64,000 bases of DNA from an uncultured Burkholderiaceae bacterium. GTDB taxonomy: Bacteria; Pseudomonadota; Gammaproteobacteria; Burkholderiales; Burkholderiaceae_A. The position numbers and the translations under genes are program-made. Position 1 is the first letter of the stretch; every line of letters starts with the position of its first letter. The notes under the pieces are model-generated. The model did not search any database. It was given only the letters and a program-made list of their open reading frames with translations, and had not been told where the DNA came from. Positions 8,373-19,472 of the stretch are shown one piece after another. The stretch is taken from the NCBI GenBank assembly GCA_964409175.1, contig CAYPCG010000002.1:4606-68605 (forward strand). The letters run 5' to 3'.

Positions 8373-9119
8373 TTATAGCTTAACGGCCTGATGCAAGGCC
8401 ACCACACCAGCCGTCATCGTACTAAACCGAACCACATCAAATCCAGATTCACGCATTATTTGTGCGAGTTCTTCTGGACCCGGATGCATGCGAATCGACT
8501 CCGCCAGGTAGCGATAGCTCGCCTCGTCGTCGGCAATCCGCGCCCCAAGCCAGGGCAGCACCTTGAAAGAATAGACATCATAGATTTTCTCGAGGGGTGC
8601 AGCCACCTTGGAGAACTCTAAGACCATACATTTGCCACCAGGTTTCAAAACCCGATGCATTTCTTTCAGCGCTGCGGGCTTATTCGTCATATTTCGAAGA
8701 CCGAAAGCCACCGTGACCAGGTCAAAGTACTGGTCCGGGAAGGGGAGGTGCTCGGCATCTGCCACGACCGCGGGGGTTGGGTACCCTTCGTCAATCAGTC
8801 GGTTTCGGCCCCGCAGGAGCATCTGTCCATTGATGTCCGACATGATGACCTGGCCTTGGGGGCCGACCTTACGGGCAAACGCCAAGGCAAGGTCTCCCGT
8901 GCCACTGGCCACGTCTAACACGCGCTGCCCGGGTCGGACGTTGGCGTGGGCAATCGTCGTCGCCTTCCAGAGCCGATGCATGCCGGCCGACATCACATCG
9001 TTCATGAGGTCATAGCGCGCCGCTACCGAGTCAAAGACCCGGGCAACCCGCTTGGCCTTCTCGCCGGTCGGGACTTCTTCAAAGCCAAAATGGGTGGTGT
9101 CTGGAGTGTGATCAGTCAT
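8373..9119 (-). CDS. ubiE: Demethylmenaquinone / 2-methoxy-6-polyprenyl-1,4-benzoquinol methyltransferase
   Basis: [41 protein letters not shown]. Confidence 0.95.
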   Translation of the reverse strand: MTDHTPDTTHFGFEEVPTGEKAKRVARVFDSVAARYDLMNDVMSAGMHRLWKATTIAHANVRPGQRVLDVASGTGDLALAFARKVGPQGQVIMSDINGQMLLRGRNRLIDEGYPTPAVVADAEHLPFPDQYFDLVTVAFGLRNMTNKPAALKEMHRVLKPGGKCMVLEFSKVAAPLEKIYDVYSFKVLPWLGARIADDEASYRYLAESIRMHPGPEELAQIMRESGFDVVRFSTMTAGVVALHQAVKL

Positions 9120-9154
9120 AGCCGCATTCTAATCGTCGGTACCCGCGGGACCCT

Positions 9155-9544
9155 CTACGCGGGATCCCTGGACGCGCCTGCGGCGGCCAGCCGATCCAGG
9201 TAGTTCTGCCAGAGTGTTTCTTGATTGGCCCCGAGCCAAGTCAGGTATTCCCAAGTGAATAGCCCCGAGTCATGGCCGTCGCTAAAGGTCGGCTTGACGG
9301 CATAGTGGCCAACAGGCTCTAGCGCCTGGATCAGCACATCGCGCTTGCCCACCTGCAGCACCTCCTGCCCAGGCCCGTGGCCCTGCACCTCGGCGGATGG
9401 CGAATAGACCCGAAGCAGCTCAAACGGAAGCCGGTACACCGTGCCGTCCTCGTAGCCAATTTCCAACAAACGAGAGGTCTGATGAACGGTCAACTCGGTC
9501 GGAGGGGCGGCGTTGGCAGTCTGTCGGGTCATGGTTGATGTCAC
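9155..9544 (-). CDS. DUF971 (gamma-butyrobetaine hydroxylase N-terminal-like) protein
   Basis: 129 aa immediately upstream of ubiE, a conserved neighbour in betaproteobacteria. [20 protein letters not shown] block. Confidence 0.7.
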   Translation of the reverse strand: MTSTMTRQTANAAPPTELTVHQTSRLLEIGYEDGTVYRLPFELLRVYSPSAEVQGHGPGQEVLQVGKRDVLIQALEPVGHYAVKPTFSDGHDSGLFTWEYLTWLGANQETLWQNYLDRLAAAGASRDPA

Positions 9545-9634
9545 CTGATTGTCATATTGCAGTTCTACAGTCCAAGTCTAGCCTGTCTATTTTCGTTAGC
9601 ATGGCAGACATTACAGGCCATAGGCCTTTGGAAA

Positions 9635-10330
9635 ATGCAGAGCACCATTCTTGTTATTGAAGACGAGCCAGCGATTGCGGAGCTGCTCTCGGTCAATCTA
9701 GGTTTTTCAGGGCACCAGGTGCTGATCGCACCGGATGCGGAATCCGCACAAGCGATTATCCAGTCTCAGCTGCCCGATCTGATCCTGTTGGACTGGATGC
9801 TTCCGGGAATGTCCGGTGTACGACTGGCCAAAAAACTTCGTGCTGATGATCGGACCAAGGACATCCCGATCATCATGCTCACCGCGCGCACCGATGAGGC
9901 CGATAAGGTGGAAGGGCTTGAGGGCGGCGCAGACGACTACATCACCAAGCCGTTTTCTCCCAAAGAGCTGATGGCACGGATCAAGGCCGTGCTTCGCCGG
10001 CGTGCCCCACAGCTCACGAGTGAAACCATTGAGATCCGCGGACTGAAGTTAGACCCCGTCACCCACCGGTTATGGGGGCATGACCAGCTCTTAGAACTTG
10101 GTCCTACGGAATTTCGTCTGCTTCACTTTTTTATGACCCATGCGGAGCGGGTCCATAGCCGATCGCAACTGCTCGATCAGGTCTGGGGCGATCATGTCTT
10201 TGTGGAAGAGCGAACTGTCGACGTCCATATTCGACGGCTGCGCAAAGGCCTTGAGCCGAGTGGCCACGACGTCCTAATTGAGACCGTCCGCGGCGCAGGC
10301 TATCGGCTCAGCGCAACAGCGCCTCGCTGA
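9635..10330 (+). CDS. phoB: Phosphate regulon response regulator PhoB
   Basis: Receiver plus OmpR-type winged helix ([28 protein letters not shown]). Followed by phoR. Internal ATG at 9635 preferred over the ORF-track start at 9557. Confidence 0.9.
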   Translation: MQSTILVIEDEPAIAELLSVNLGFSGHQVLIAPDAESAQAIIQSQLPDLILLDWMLPGMSGVRLAKKLRADDRTKDIPIIMLTARTDEADKVEGLEGGADDYITKPFSPKELMARIKAVLRRRAPQLTSETIEIRGLKLDPVTHRLWGHDQLLELGPTEFRLLHFFMTHAERVHSRSQLLDQVWGDHVFVEERTVDVHIRRLRKGLEPSGHDVLIETVRGAGYRLSATAPR

Positions 10331-10395
10331 CCCCTTCTCACAACCCCTGGTCTAGCCCCCTGCCATCGCCCCCTGCGAGAAGCGATAATTCGGCC

Positions 10396-11700
10396 ATGAT
10401 CGGATTCTGGCTTCGCACCCTTCTGATGCTCCTAGGCATCGCTGCGGTCTCATTTCTATTTTCGGCTATCGGAGGCGCAAGCGCCGGCTGGACCGTGGCC
10501 GTACTGATCCTGGGCGGCTGGCTGATCTACCACCTGTTCTATCTGCAGCGCATGATGCAGTGGATGGAAGACTTTCGGCTGGAGAAGGTCCCTCACGGCT
10601 CTGGCATGTGGGATCTGCTGTTCTCAAAGGTCTATCGCGTTGCCCGCGCAGGAGAACAGCAGCGCCAGCAGCTGGCCGAAGCGCTCAAAGATTTTCGTAA
10701 CGCGACCGAGGCCATGCCCGATGGAGTGGTCACGCTCGATGAAGAAAATCACGTGATCTATGCCAATGAGCAGGCCGAAGACCAGCTGGGAATTAGCAGC
10801 GTCAAAGATGCAGGCAGAAACCTCATTAATATCGTTCGTCACCCCGATTTCGTGGCCTATATCAATGGCATGACCTGGGAAAAATCCATCATCCTGCGCG
10901 GCGTACGCGACTCTGACCGGGTACTGCAAGTCCAGCTCATTCCCTATGGCACCCGTCAGCGCCTACTGATGACGCGAGACATCACCCAGTTAGACCGGCT
11001 CGAAACCACGCGCAGAGACTTTGTTGCCAATGTCTCGCACGAACTGAAGACACCCCTGACAGTGCTCAATGGATTTTTAGAGACAATTCGAGAGCTCCCG
11101 TTGACCGATGAACAGCGTCAGCACTACCTGGGGCTCATGCAAGGCCAGGCCCATCGCATGCAGAACATCGTGGACGATTTGCTGGTTCTGTCGAAGCTTG
11201 AGTCGACCGCGAGCACGAGCCAAGAAGAGCCGATTGTCATGCGACCGATTATCGATCGACTGGTAGCCGATGCCATGAGCATCAGTCGCGGTCAGCATCA
11301 GATTATGGTGTCGAGCATCGCCGATGCGGGTCTTTTGGGCGCAGAAGACGAGCTCGTCAGCGCATTTTCAAACCTCGTCAGTAACGCAGTGCGATACACG
11401 CCAGAGCAAGGCACGATTACGTTGGACTGGGTGATCGACCGGCGCGGGCAGGGGGTCTTTACGGTGCAGGATACGGGCCCAGGAATCGCGGCACAGCACC
11501 TACCAAGACTGACGGAGCGGTTCTATCGAGTCGACCGTAGCCGCTCCCGAGAGACCGGAGGCACAGGGCTTGGTCTAGCCATTGTCAAGCATGTGGCCAC
11601 GCGTCACCAGGCACAGCTCGTCATCGATAGCGAAGTTGGCAAAGGAAGCCGGTTTTCAATCGTCTTCCCCGCGAAACGTACACAGCTGCGGCCCACATAA
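10396..11700 (+). CDS. phoR: Phosphate regulon sensor histidine kinase PhoR
   Basis: Two N-terminal TM segments, PAS region, H-box FVANVSHELKTPLT, and N/G boxes (NLVSNAVRYTP, DTGPGI, GGTGLGLAIVKH). Confidence 0.9.
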   Translation: MIGFWLRTLLMLLGIAAVSFLFSAIGGASAGWTVAVLILGGWLIYHLFYLQRMMQWMEDFRLEKVPHGSGMWDLLFSKVYRVARAGEQQRQQLAEALKDFRNATEAMPDGVVTLDEENHVIYANEQAEDQLGISSVKDAGRNLINIVRHPDFVAYINGMTWEKSIILRGVRDSDRVLQVQLIPYGTRQRLLMTRDITQLDRLETTRRDFVANVSHELKTPLTVLNGFLETIRELPLTDEQRQHYLGLMQGQAHRMQNIVDDLLVLSKLESTASTSQEEPIVMRPIIDRLVADAMSISRGQHQIMVSSIADAGLLGAEDELVSAFSNLVSNAVRYTPEQGTITLDWVIDRRGQGVFTVQDTGPGIAAQHLPRLTERFYRVDRSRSRETGGTGLGLAIVKHVATRHQAQLVIDSEVGKGSRFSIVFPAKRTQLRPT

Positions 11701-11702
11701 GC

Positions 11703-11716
11703 GCGGCAGCTGCCGC
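11703..11716. terminator. Perfect 14-bp palindrome between convergent phoR and the large oxidoreductase gene (possible bidirectional hairpin)
   Basis: GCGGCAGCTGCCGC lies in the 19-nt gap. There is no U-tract, so terminator function is uncertain. Confidence 0.3.
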
Positions 11717-11719
11717 CGG

Positions 11720-14700
11720 TTACACCAGAACCCGCTCGATTCCCCCGCGATTGGCCGACTCGACATACTGAGTTAGCCATTCATTACCGAGCACATGCTT
11801 GGCGAGCTCCACCACGATGTAGTCCGCGTCCACAGAGACATCGTCTGAATACCGCGCCAGTCCCTGCAGACATGAGGGGCAGGCCGTCAGGATCTTGACC
11901 TGGGTGTCATCCCCGGCTTCCTGACGAATCTTGTCTGAGCCTTTACGCATCTCTTCTTCTTTGCGGAATCGGACCTGCGTGGAGATATCAGGACGTGTCA
12001 CAGCAAGTGTTCCTGATTCACCACAGCAGCGATCGTTCTTGGTAATCGTGCCATTTTGCTCACTGTTCATTAGCGCATTGACCACCTTTAACGGCTGGTG
12101 CTGCTTCATCGGACTGTGACACGGGTCGTGATACATGTAACGTACCCCGGTGACCGACTCGAGTCGCACACCCTTTTCCATCAGGTATTCATGGATGTCG
12201 ATGATCCGACAGCCCGGGAAGATCTTCTCGAATTCATAACCGGCAAGCTGGTCATAGCAGGTTCCGCAGGAGACCACGACCGTCTTGATATCGAGATAGT
12301 TCAGCGTGTTCGCAACACGGTGAAAGAGCACCCGGTTATCGGTAATGATCTTCTCGGCCTTATCAAACTGTCCACTGCCGCGCTGCGGGTATCCACAGCA
12401 GAGATAGCCGGGCGGCAGAACCGTCTGCACACCGACGTGCCAGAGCATCGCCTGTGTTGCCAGACCCACCTGCGAGAAGAGTCGTTCCGAACCGCAGCCC
12501 GGAAAGTAAAAGACTGCCTCGGTCTCACTGGTCGTGCGCTTAGGATCGCGAATGACGGGCACGTAGTTAGCGTCTTCGATATCCAAGAGTGCTCGGGCCG
12601 TCTTTTTAGGGAGATTGCCCGGCATCTTCTTGTTGACGAAGTGGATGACCTGCTCACGAAGCGGTGCGCGCCCCAGCGTTGCCGGGGGCTTCGCCGTCTG
12701 AGCGCGAGCCAGCTTCTTAAAGAGTTCGTTCGCCAGTCGCTGCGCCTTGTAACCCCAGTCGATCATCACCTTCCGAGCAAGCTGAATCGTTTGCGGATTG
12801 GTAGCATTCAGAAAGAGCATGGAGGCGGACGCGCCGGGATTGAACTTCTTCTTGCCCATCTTGCGCAGCAGATTGCGCATGTTCATCGAGACGTCACCGA
12901 AGTCAATATTCACCGGGCACGGCGTCAGGCACTTGTGGCAGACCGTGCAGTGATCCGCGACATCCCCAAATTCATCCCAGTGCTTAATCGACACGCCACG
13001 ACGGGTCTGTTCCTCGTAGAGAAACGCCTCGATCAGCAGCGAGGTCGCCAGAATCTTATTGCGCGGTGAGTAGAGCAGATTTGCTCGTGGGACATGGGTT
13101 GCGCAGACCGGTTTGCACTTGCCGCAGCGCAGACAGTTCGCAAAAGAGTCTGCAATCGACCCAATATCCGATTGCTGCATGATCAGGCTCTCGGCCCCCA
13201 TCAGACCGAACGAGGGCGTATAGGCGTTATCGAGATTTCCCCCACGCAGCAGCTTGCCGGCATTAAACCGCTGCTCTGGGTCTACTTTCTGTTTGTAAGC
13301 AGCAAATGCATCAAGCTCCGCTTCAGAAAGGAAGGCCATCTTGGTGATGCCAATACCGTGCTCCCCTGAGATCACACCGTCGAGAGACTTGGCGATGTCC
13401 ATAATCCGAGCGACCGCATGATGCGCCTCTTGCAGCATGTCGTAATCGTCAGAGTTCACTGGAATATTGGTGTGCACATTGCCGTCGCCAGCGTGCATAT
13501 GCAGGGCCACGAAAACGCGAGAGCGCAATACGGTCTGATGCGTGGCCTCTAGCCGCTCCATGATGGGGGCAAAGCCCACTCCGCTGTAGATTCCGCGCAG
13601 TGGCTCGCGAAGCTCGCGCTTCCAAGAGACGCGAATCTGATGCTCCTGCACTAGGCTCACTAATTGAAGCGTTTCGTTCGCGGCGGCTAGTCGAGCAGCG
13701 AGCACCGGCTGACTCAGGTCAATGCCGTGCTCCGACAGCCCCTTGGTGAGCTCACACACTGGCTGATACAGATGGCTCAAGAGATAGGACCAGCGCTGCT
13801 CAATGCGATCGAGTAAGGCTAAGGCGAGCTGGTTGCGACGCTCGAAATCTTCTTCAACAGTCTGATCGCCTGCGTCTCGCTGGTGGAGCTGCGTGGCGGG
13901 CCAGGGACCCGTCAGCAGTTCGCGGAATGCCGCAATGGCTTTGAGCTTGTTGCTGATCGACAGCTCAATGTTGATTTGCTCAATCGCGTTGGTGTACTCA
14001 CCCATACGCGGCAGCGGGATCACGACGTCTTCATTGATCTTGAAAGCGTTGGTATGGCGTGCGATCGCTGCCGTACGTCCTCGCTCAGACCAAAAGGCCT
14101 TGCGTGCCTCAGGCGATATCGCGACGAAACCTTCACCGGCATGCCCATTGGCGAGTCGAATCACCTCTGAGGCCGCTTTGGCGACGGCATCTTGGTCATC
14201 CCCCACAATGTCGCCAATCAGTACCATCTTGGGCAGGGAGCCGCGCTTACTCTTTGTGCCGTAGCCCACCGCGCGCAGATAGCGCTCATCCAGGTGCTCA
14301 AGTCCTGCGAGTAGCGCGCCACCCGGCTTCTGGTCCAGATAATTTTTGATCTCGACGATCGACGGCACCGCCTCTTGGGCATTGCCAAAAAACTCTAAAC
14401 AGACCGTCCGAATGTGGCTGGGCATCCGATGCAACACCCAGCGCGCACTCGTGATCAGCCCGTCACAGCCTTCCTTCTGAATACCGGGTAGCCCACCCAA
14501 GACCTTATCGGTCACATCTTTACCGAGCCCCAGTCTGCGAAAACGCCAGCCTTCCAGCGCAATCGTCTCTGAACGAATCGGTGCGCCCTTCATCGAGCCA
14601 GCAACGCCATCGCCTGCGACAAACTGCTCGGGGGCGTACCAGTTCAACTGGAACTCCACCATCGGCGCGTCATGAATCTTGCTCATGTTATGACCGATGC

Positions 14701-15763
14701 GGGTCACTTCGAGCCAGTTACCCTGCGGATCGACCATCCGCCACCAGGCTAGGTTGTCGACCGCCGTGCCCCAGAGGACCGCCTTCTTGCCGCCCGCATT
14801 CATGGCGATATTGCCGCCGATGCACGAGGCATCTGCAGACGTCGGATCCACTGCGAATACCAGACCAGCCGCATCCGCAGCATCCGAGACACGACGGGTC
14901 ACCACCCCTGCGCCACTGAAAATTGTGGCGACTGGTTCTGACAGCCCTGGCAGCACAAAGCGCTCCACCGGGCCAAGCGTATCGAACTTCTCGGTGTTGA
15001 TGACTGCTGATCGCGGCGTGAGTGGCACCGCACCACCGGTGTATCCCGTGCCACCGCCACGCGGAATAATGGTCAGACCACAGGCAATGCAGCCACGAAC
15101 CAATGCGGGAATCTCTGCCTCACTATCCGGCGTTAACACCACGAACGGATACTCGACACGCCAGTCCGTCGCATCAGTCACGTGAGAGACGCGCGAGAGT
15201 CCATCAAACTTAATGTTGTCGACTGCAGTCACTTTTTGCAGCGACCGCCGCACCTGACGACGCAGTCGAAGCGTTTCTTCAAAGGATGCGTTAAAGCTTT
15301 CAATCGCCTGGCGGGCCAACACAAGAAGACGACCCACCTTTTGATCACGGGTCATCTCCGCGGCAGACGGTGTGGTGCCCGCGACTGCAGAGGCCTCTAT
15401 CGTGTCAATCGTTCGCCGACGATCAACTTCATTCAACCGATGAAACAACGCCTCAATCAGTTGTCGACGACGTTTGGTGTTATCCAATAAATCATCTTGC
15501 AGATAAGGATTACGACCCACCGCCCAGACATCGCCCAACACCTCGTAGAGCATCCGCGCCGAACGGCCTGTCTTGCGTTCCTGACGAAGCTCGGAGATCA
15601 GCGCCCAGCCCTCTTCCCCGAGCACTCGAAGCACAATCTCTCGATCCGAGAACGAGGTGTAGTTGTAAGGAATCTCGCGCAGACGACCTGCGTCCCGCGT
15701 GGGATCCGCGCGATCAAGATGGGCCAGAATCTTCGGGTCGATGGGTGCGTTCATGAGGGCCAA
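11720..15763 (-). CDS. Large multidomain FAD-linked oxidase / Fe-S oxidoreductase (DUF3683 N-domain, GlcD-like, 4Fe-4S dicluster and CCG domains; YdiJ-like)
   Basis: 1347 aa. FAD-binding [16 protein letters not shown]; Cys clusters [16 protein letters not shown] and [17 protein letters not shown]; CCG motifs (LCCGYP, RCCGESG). Confidence 0.85.
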   Translation of the reverse strand: MALMNAPIDPKILAHLDRADPTRDAGRLREIPYNYTSFSDREIVLRVLGEEGWALISELRQERKTGRSARMLYEVLGDVWAVGRNPYLQDDLLDNTKRRRQLIEALFHRLNEVDRRRTIDTIEASAVAGTTPSAAEMTRDQKVGRLLVLARQAIESFNASFEETLRLRRQVRRSLQKVTAVDNIKFDGLSRVSHVTDATDWRVEYPFVVLTPDSEAEIPALVRGCIACGLTIIPRGGGTGYTGGAVPLTPRSAVINTEKFDTLGPVERFVLPGLSEPVATIFSGAGVVTRRVSDAADAAGLVFAVDPTSADASCIGGNIAMNAGGKKAVLWGTAVDNLAWWRMVDPQGNWLEVTRIGHNMSKIHDAPMVEFQLNWYAPEQFVAGDGVAGSMKGAPIRSETIALEGWRFRRLGLGKDVTDKVLGGLPGIQKEGCDGLITSARWVLHRMPSHIRTVCLEFFGNAQEAVPSIVEIKNYLDQKPGGALLAGLEHLDERYLRAVGYGTKSKRGSLPKMVLIGDIVGDDQDAVAKAASEVIRLANGHAGEGFVAISPEARKAFWSERGRTAAIARHTNAFKINEDVVIPLPRMGEYTNAIEQINIELSISNKLKAIAAFRELLTGPWPATQLHQRDAGDQTVEEDFERRNQLALALLDRIEQRWSYLLSHLYQPVCELTKGLSEHGIDLSQPVLAARLAAANETLQLVSLVQEHQIRVSWKRELREPLRGIYSGVGFAPIMERLEATHQTVLRSRVFVALHMHAGDGNVHTNIPVNSDDYDMLQEAHHAVARIMDIAKSLDGVISGEHGIGITKMAFLSEAELDAFAAYKQKVDPEQRFNAGKLLRGGNLDNAYTPSFGLMGAESLIMQQSDIGSIADSFANCLRCGKCKPVCATHVPRANLLYSPRNKILATSLLIEAFLYEEQTRRGVSIKHWDEFGDVADHCTVCHKCLTPCPVNIDFGDVSMNMRNLLRKMGKKKFNPGASASMLFLNATNPQTIQLARKVMIDWGYKAQRLANELFKKLARAQTAKPPATLGRAPLREQVIHFVNKKMPGNLPKKTARALLDIEDANYVPVIRDPKRTTSETEAVFYFPGCGSERLFSQVGLATQAMLWHVGVQTVLPPGYLCCGYPQRGSGQFDKAEKIITDNRVLFHRVANTLNYLDIKTVVVSCGTCYDQLAGYEFEKIFPGCRIIDIHEYLMEKGVRLESVTGVRYMYHDPCHSPMKQHQPLKVVNALMNSEQNGTITKNDRCCGESGTLAVTRPDISTQVRFRKEEEMRKGSDKIRQEAGDDTQVKILTACPSCLQGLARYSDDVSVDADYIVVELAKHVLGNEWLTQYVESANRGGIERVLV

Positions 15764-15867
15764 AAAGTGGTTCCTAATTGGCCATTTTCCCTGTTTTCTG
15801 GGGATTGTTCAGAGCTGAATTGCCCCGCCACGTAGGGCTTTGGGTGATTTAGGTTATAAAACGAGTC

Positions 15868-17382
15868 ATGGGCGCTGATTACCTACGAAAAATTCTGACC
15901 GCCAAGGTCTATGACGTCGCAGAGGAGACCCCTCTGGAACCCGCACCGGGACTAAGCCGGCGGCTCAAAAACCGGGTGCTCTTAAAACGCGAAGACATGC
16001 AGCCGGTCTTCTCGTTCAAGCTACGCGGGGCGTATAACAAGATGGCCCATCTGACCCAGGCGCAGCTGGCGCGGGGCGTGATCGCCGCCTCTGCCGGAAA
16101 CCACGCCCAGGGGGTGGCCCTGTCCGCCCAGAAAATGGGCTGTCGGGCGGTCATTGTGATGCCCGTGACGACCCCCAGCGTCAAGATTGATGCGGTCCGA
16201 GCCTTTGGGGCGGAGGTCATCCTGCACGGGGACTCTTATTCCGACGCCTATGCCCATGCCCTGACGCTTCAGGCGTCTCAGGGACTGACCTTTGTGCACC
16301 CGTTCGATGACCCCGAGGTCATCGCTGGCCAAGGGACGATCGCGATGGAGATCCTGCAGCATTTTCAGGAACCGATTGACGCCGTCTTTGTTGCCATCGG
16401 CGGCGGGGGGCTGATCGCCGGGATTGCCAGTTATCTCAAACAGGTCAAGCCCGAGACCAAAGTGATCGGTGTCCAGATGTGTGACTCGGATGCCATGGCC
16501 CAGTCCCTGGCCTGTGGCCATCGGATAGTGCTCAAAGACGTAGGGCTATTTTCTGACGGGACGGCAGTCAAACAAGTTGGCGAGGAGACCTTTCGCCTGT
16601 GCCAGAAGTATGTTGATGAAATCGTGATCGTCGATACCGATGCAGTCTGCGCAGCGATCAAAGATGTCTTTGAAGATACCCGTGCCATTTTGGAACCTGC
16701 GGGCGCCTTGGCCATTGCGGGCTTAAAGGCCTGGGTCAGTCGTGATGCCATTGAAGACAAGACCCTGATCGCAGTGGCCTGCGGGGCCAATATGAACTTT
16801 GATCGGCTACGCTTTGTGAGCGAGCGCGCAGAGATCGGTGAGCAGCGTGAGGCGGTCTTCGCGGTCACGATTCCGGAAGAACGAGGAAGCTTCAAACGCT
16901 TTTGCACCAGCATCGGTAATCGAAATGTGACCGAGTTCAACTACCGAATCGCCGACGCAAAGGCGGCACATATTTACGTTGGACTTCAGGTGCGCAACCG
17001 CAACGAGGCCAATGAGATTGCCGCAGGATTCGAAGCGTCGGGCTTTAAGACGCTCGATCTCACGGACGATGAACTGGGCAAGCTTCATCTACGACACATG
17101 GTCGGCGGGCGCTCCCCCCTGGCCCATCACGAACGGATTTTTCGCTTTGAGTTTCCGGAGCGCCCCGGCGCCTTGATGCGATTCTTATCGAACATGCACC
17201 CCGATTGGAACATCTCGCTGTTCCACTATCGCAATCACGGCGCGGACTATGGCCGAATCCTCGTGGGGATTCAGGTGCCGGATCAGAGTGAGCAGGCGTT
17301 GCAGGAATTTCTCAATCAGCTGGGTTACCCCTACTGGGATGAGACGGCACACCCTGGTTACCGCATGTTTCTTTCTGTCTGA
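15868..17382 (+). CDS. ilvA: Biosynthetic threonine ammonia-lyase (threonine dehydratase)
   Basis: 504 aa. PLP site FSFKLRGAY, plus two C-terminal ACT-like regulatory domains. Confidence 0.95.
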   Translation: MGADYLRKILTAKVYDVAEETPLEPAPGLSRRLKNRVLLKREDMQPVFSFKLRGAYNKMAHLTQAQLARGVIAASAGNHAQGVALSAQKMGCRAVIVMPVTTPSVKIDAVRAFGAEVILHGDSYSDAYAHALTLQASQGLTFVHPFDDPEVIAGQGTIAMEILQHFQEPIDAVFVAIGGGGLIAGIASYLKQVKPETKVIGVQMCDSDAMAQSLACGHRIVLKDVGLFSDGTAVKQVGEETFRLCQKYVDEIVIVDTDAVCAAIKDVFEDTRAILEPAGALAIAGLKAWVSRDAIEDKTLIAVACGANMNFDRLRFVSERAEIGEQREAVFAVTIPEERGSFKRFCTSIGNRNVTEFNYRIADAKAAHIYVGLQVRNRNEANEIAAGFEASGFKTLDLTDDELGKLHLRHMVGGRSPLAHHERIFRFEFPERPGALMRFLSNMHPDWNISLFHYRNHGADYGRILVGIQVPDQSEQALQEFLNQLGYPYWDETAHPGYRMFLSV

Positions 17383-17453
17383 ATCTCTGACACCTTAGCA
17401 AGTCGTCATCGCCGACGTATGGTGCTCCTTCAAGACGAAAGGAGCCAACGCTG

Positions 17454-18149
17454 ATGCGACTTGCTATTGTTGAAGATGACCCCCTGATCTCCTCTCAGGT
17501 GCTGGCTTACGGGGCGATGGTGGGTGTCACAGGAGAGATCTTTCGATCCGGTCGACAGTTTCTGAAACATGTTTCTGCCGCCGGTTTTGATCTTGCACTG
17601 CTCGATATTCGACTGCCGGATATCAATGGGCTTGAGGTTCTAGAAAAACTTCGTGCCCAGGAACAGCTCCAGGCGCGACCCATTCCGGTGATGGTGGTGA
17701 CCGGCTGCGCGGATGCCCACACCATGGAGACCGCCTTTGATCGCGGGGCACTGGACTATGTCGTTAAACCCGCTAAACCTGACGAACTTCTCGTTCGTGC
17801 CAAGGCGATTCGTCGACGGCTTCAGCCGCAGCTATTTGACGAAACGCCACTTGCCGCAGGACCCTTCCTGCTCAATCTCGGCACGCTGCAGGTCTTTCAT
17901 GAAGACCAGGAGATCCTGCTGTCTGCCCGAGAATTTCGACTCGCCTGGCTACTCTTTCAGCGTCGCGGCGAAGTGGTCTCCCGAGCTGAGATCCTAAGGG
18001 CTGTCTGGGGCAGGCTGGACCTGATGGCGTCTAGGACACTGGATACCCACATCGGTCGACTGCGAAAGAAACTAAGGCTTGATAAGACAGCGCACGTTCG
18101 GCTCAGACCCATCTATGGCGTGGGTTACCGATTGGATGTTTTCCTTTAA
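17454..18149 (+). CDS. OmpR-family two-component response regulator (no adjacent kinase)
   Basis: Receiver domain (IVEDDP, LLDIRLPDING, VVKP) plus winged helix (LDTHIGRLRKKL, GVGYRL). Confidence 0.85.
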   Translation: MRLAIVEDDPLISSQVLAYGAMVGVTGEIFRSGRQFLKHVSAAGFDLALLDIRLPDINGLEVLEKLRAQEQLQARPIPVMVVTGCADAHTMETAFDRGALDYVVKPAKPDELLVRAKAIRRRLQPQLFDETPLAAGPFLLNLGTLQVFHEDQEILLSAREFRLAWLLFQRRGEVVSRAEILRAVWGRLDLMASRTLDTHIGRLRKKLRLDKTAHVRLRPIYGVGYRLDVFL

Positions 18150-18179
18150 AATCAAGGGGTTTCCGCACATTGCCACTTC

Positions 18180-19472
18180 ATGCAGCTGATTACGCTTGGC
18201 CTGAACCATCACTCCGCACCGCTCTCCTTGCGAGAGCGTTTGGCGTTTCCTGGGGAAACGCTTCGCGAGGGATTGGGAGAACTGCGCGCAAGACTCGGGC
18301 AGTCCGCCCCCGAGCAGGCATTGTTATCCACCTGCAATCGGACCGAGATGTATCTTGCTGCGGAAGATTCGTCGCAGGCGAAAGCCGAAGCCCTGGACTG
18401 GCTTGCTTGGAAATCAGGCACCGCTGAAAAATCATTAACGCCTCATCTCTATCAATTGCCAAATGACCAGGCAGTGCGTCACGCCTTTCGTGTGGCCTGT
18501 GGCCTGGACTCGATGGTGATTGGTGAGCCACAGATTCTCGGCCAGATGAAACTGGCGGCACGGGAAGCGCAAGAGGTGGGATGTCTTGGTACCCATCTGC
18601 ATCATCTTTTCCAGCAGGCCTTCTCCGTCGCCAAAGAAGTACGCACGACCACCGAAATTGGTCTGCACTCGGTGTCGATGGCCGCCGCAGCCGTCAAACT
18701 GGCGCAGCGTATCTTCGGAGATCTTGCCCAGACAAAGATTCTATTTATCGGTGCAGGCGAGATGATTCAGCTCACAGCGACTCACTTTGCCGCCCAGCAC
18801 CCCAAGCAGATTGTGGTTGCCAACCGAACGATGGACCGCGGTCAGGCCCTTGCCCATGAGTTTGGCGGGGAAGCAATCTCGCTTGCCGAACTCCCGCTGC
18901 GCATGCACGAATTCGATATCGTGGTGAGCTGTACTGCGAGTACTCTGCCCATCATTGGGCTTGGCATGATTGAACGGGCGATCAAACAGCGTCGCCATCG
19001 TCCGATGTTCCTGGTAGACCTTGCGGTACCTCGCGATATTGAACGTGAGGTGGCCCAGTTAGATGACGCCTTCCTGTACACGGTCGATGATCTTGGCGAG
19101 CTGATTAAGGAAGGGGTGCAGGCCCGACAAGATGCAGTGGTGCAGGCCGAAGCCATCATTGACCACGGCGTTCAGAATTTCTTGCAGTGGAAAGAGTCGC
19201 GCGCCCAGGTGCCCGTCATTCGGGCGCTCGCACAACACGCCGAAACAATCCAGTCATCGGAGCTTGCACTGGCCCGTAAGCGTCTTGCGAAAGGCGAAGA
19301 TATTGACGCTGTTCTGAAGTCATTGGCGCATGGCCTGTCGCAGAAGTATCTCCATGGCGCCTATAGTCAGCTTCACCAGATGAACCACCTTGACCCCGAG
19401 ACCCGTGATCAGAAGACCGCCCTGATTCAGGATCTATTTGGGTTACACAAAGACACTCACCGAGACCACTAG
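18180..19472 (+). CDS. hemA: Glutamyl-tRNA reductase
   Basis: [35 protein letters not shown]. Confidence 0.95.
   Translation: MQLITLGLNHHSAPLSLRERLAFPGETLREGLGELRARLGQSAPEQALLSTCNRTEMYLAAEDSSQAKAEALDWLAWKSGTAEKSLTPHLYQLPNDQAVRHAFRVACGLDSMVIGEPQILGQMKLAAREAQEVGCLGTHLHHLFQQAFSVAKEVRTTTEIGLHSVSMAAAAVKLAQRIFGDLAQTKILFIGAGEMIQLTATHFAAQHPKQIVVANRTMDRGQALAHEFGGEAISLAELPLRMHEFDIVVSCTASTLPIIGLGMIERAIKQRRHRPMFLVDLAVPRDIEREVAQLDDAFLYTVDDLGELIKEGVQARQDAVVQAEAIIDHGVQNFLQWKESRAQVPVIRALAQHAETIQSSELALARKRLAKGEDIDAVLKSLAHGLSQKYLHGAYSQLHQMNHLDPETRDQKTALIQDLFGLHKDTHRDH

Noticed and set aside
9549-9622. Pho-box-like half sites (TTGTCAT at 9549; CTGTCTA-N4-CGTTAGC at 9583-9600) upstream of phoB
   Set aside because: Only single heptamers approach the CTGTCAT consensus, and the partner repeats at 11-bp spacing are poor. 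I cannot call a PhoB site without a PWM scan or conservation data.
12098-13069. 323-aa ORF on the plus strand, plus many 60-160-aa ORFs between 11.9 and 15.8 kb
   Set aside because: All are antisense or out of frame within the 1347-aa oxidoreductase gene, whose motifs are continuous across the region. No independent coding signal.
15764-15867. TGGCC-N-type sequence in the ilvA/oxidoreductase divergent region, considered as a sigma-54 promoter
   Set aside because: It lacks the GG-N10-GC spacing and TTGC element. A sigma-70-like TATAAA upstream of ilvA is the more plausible reading.
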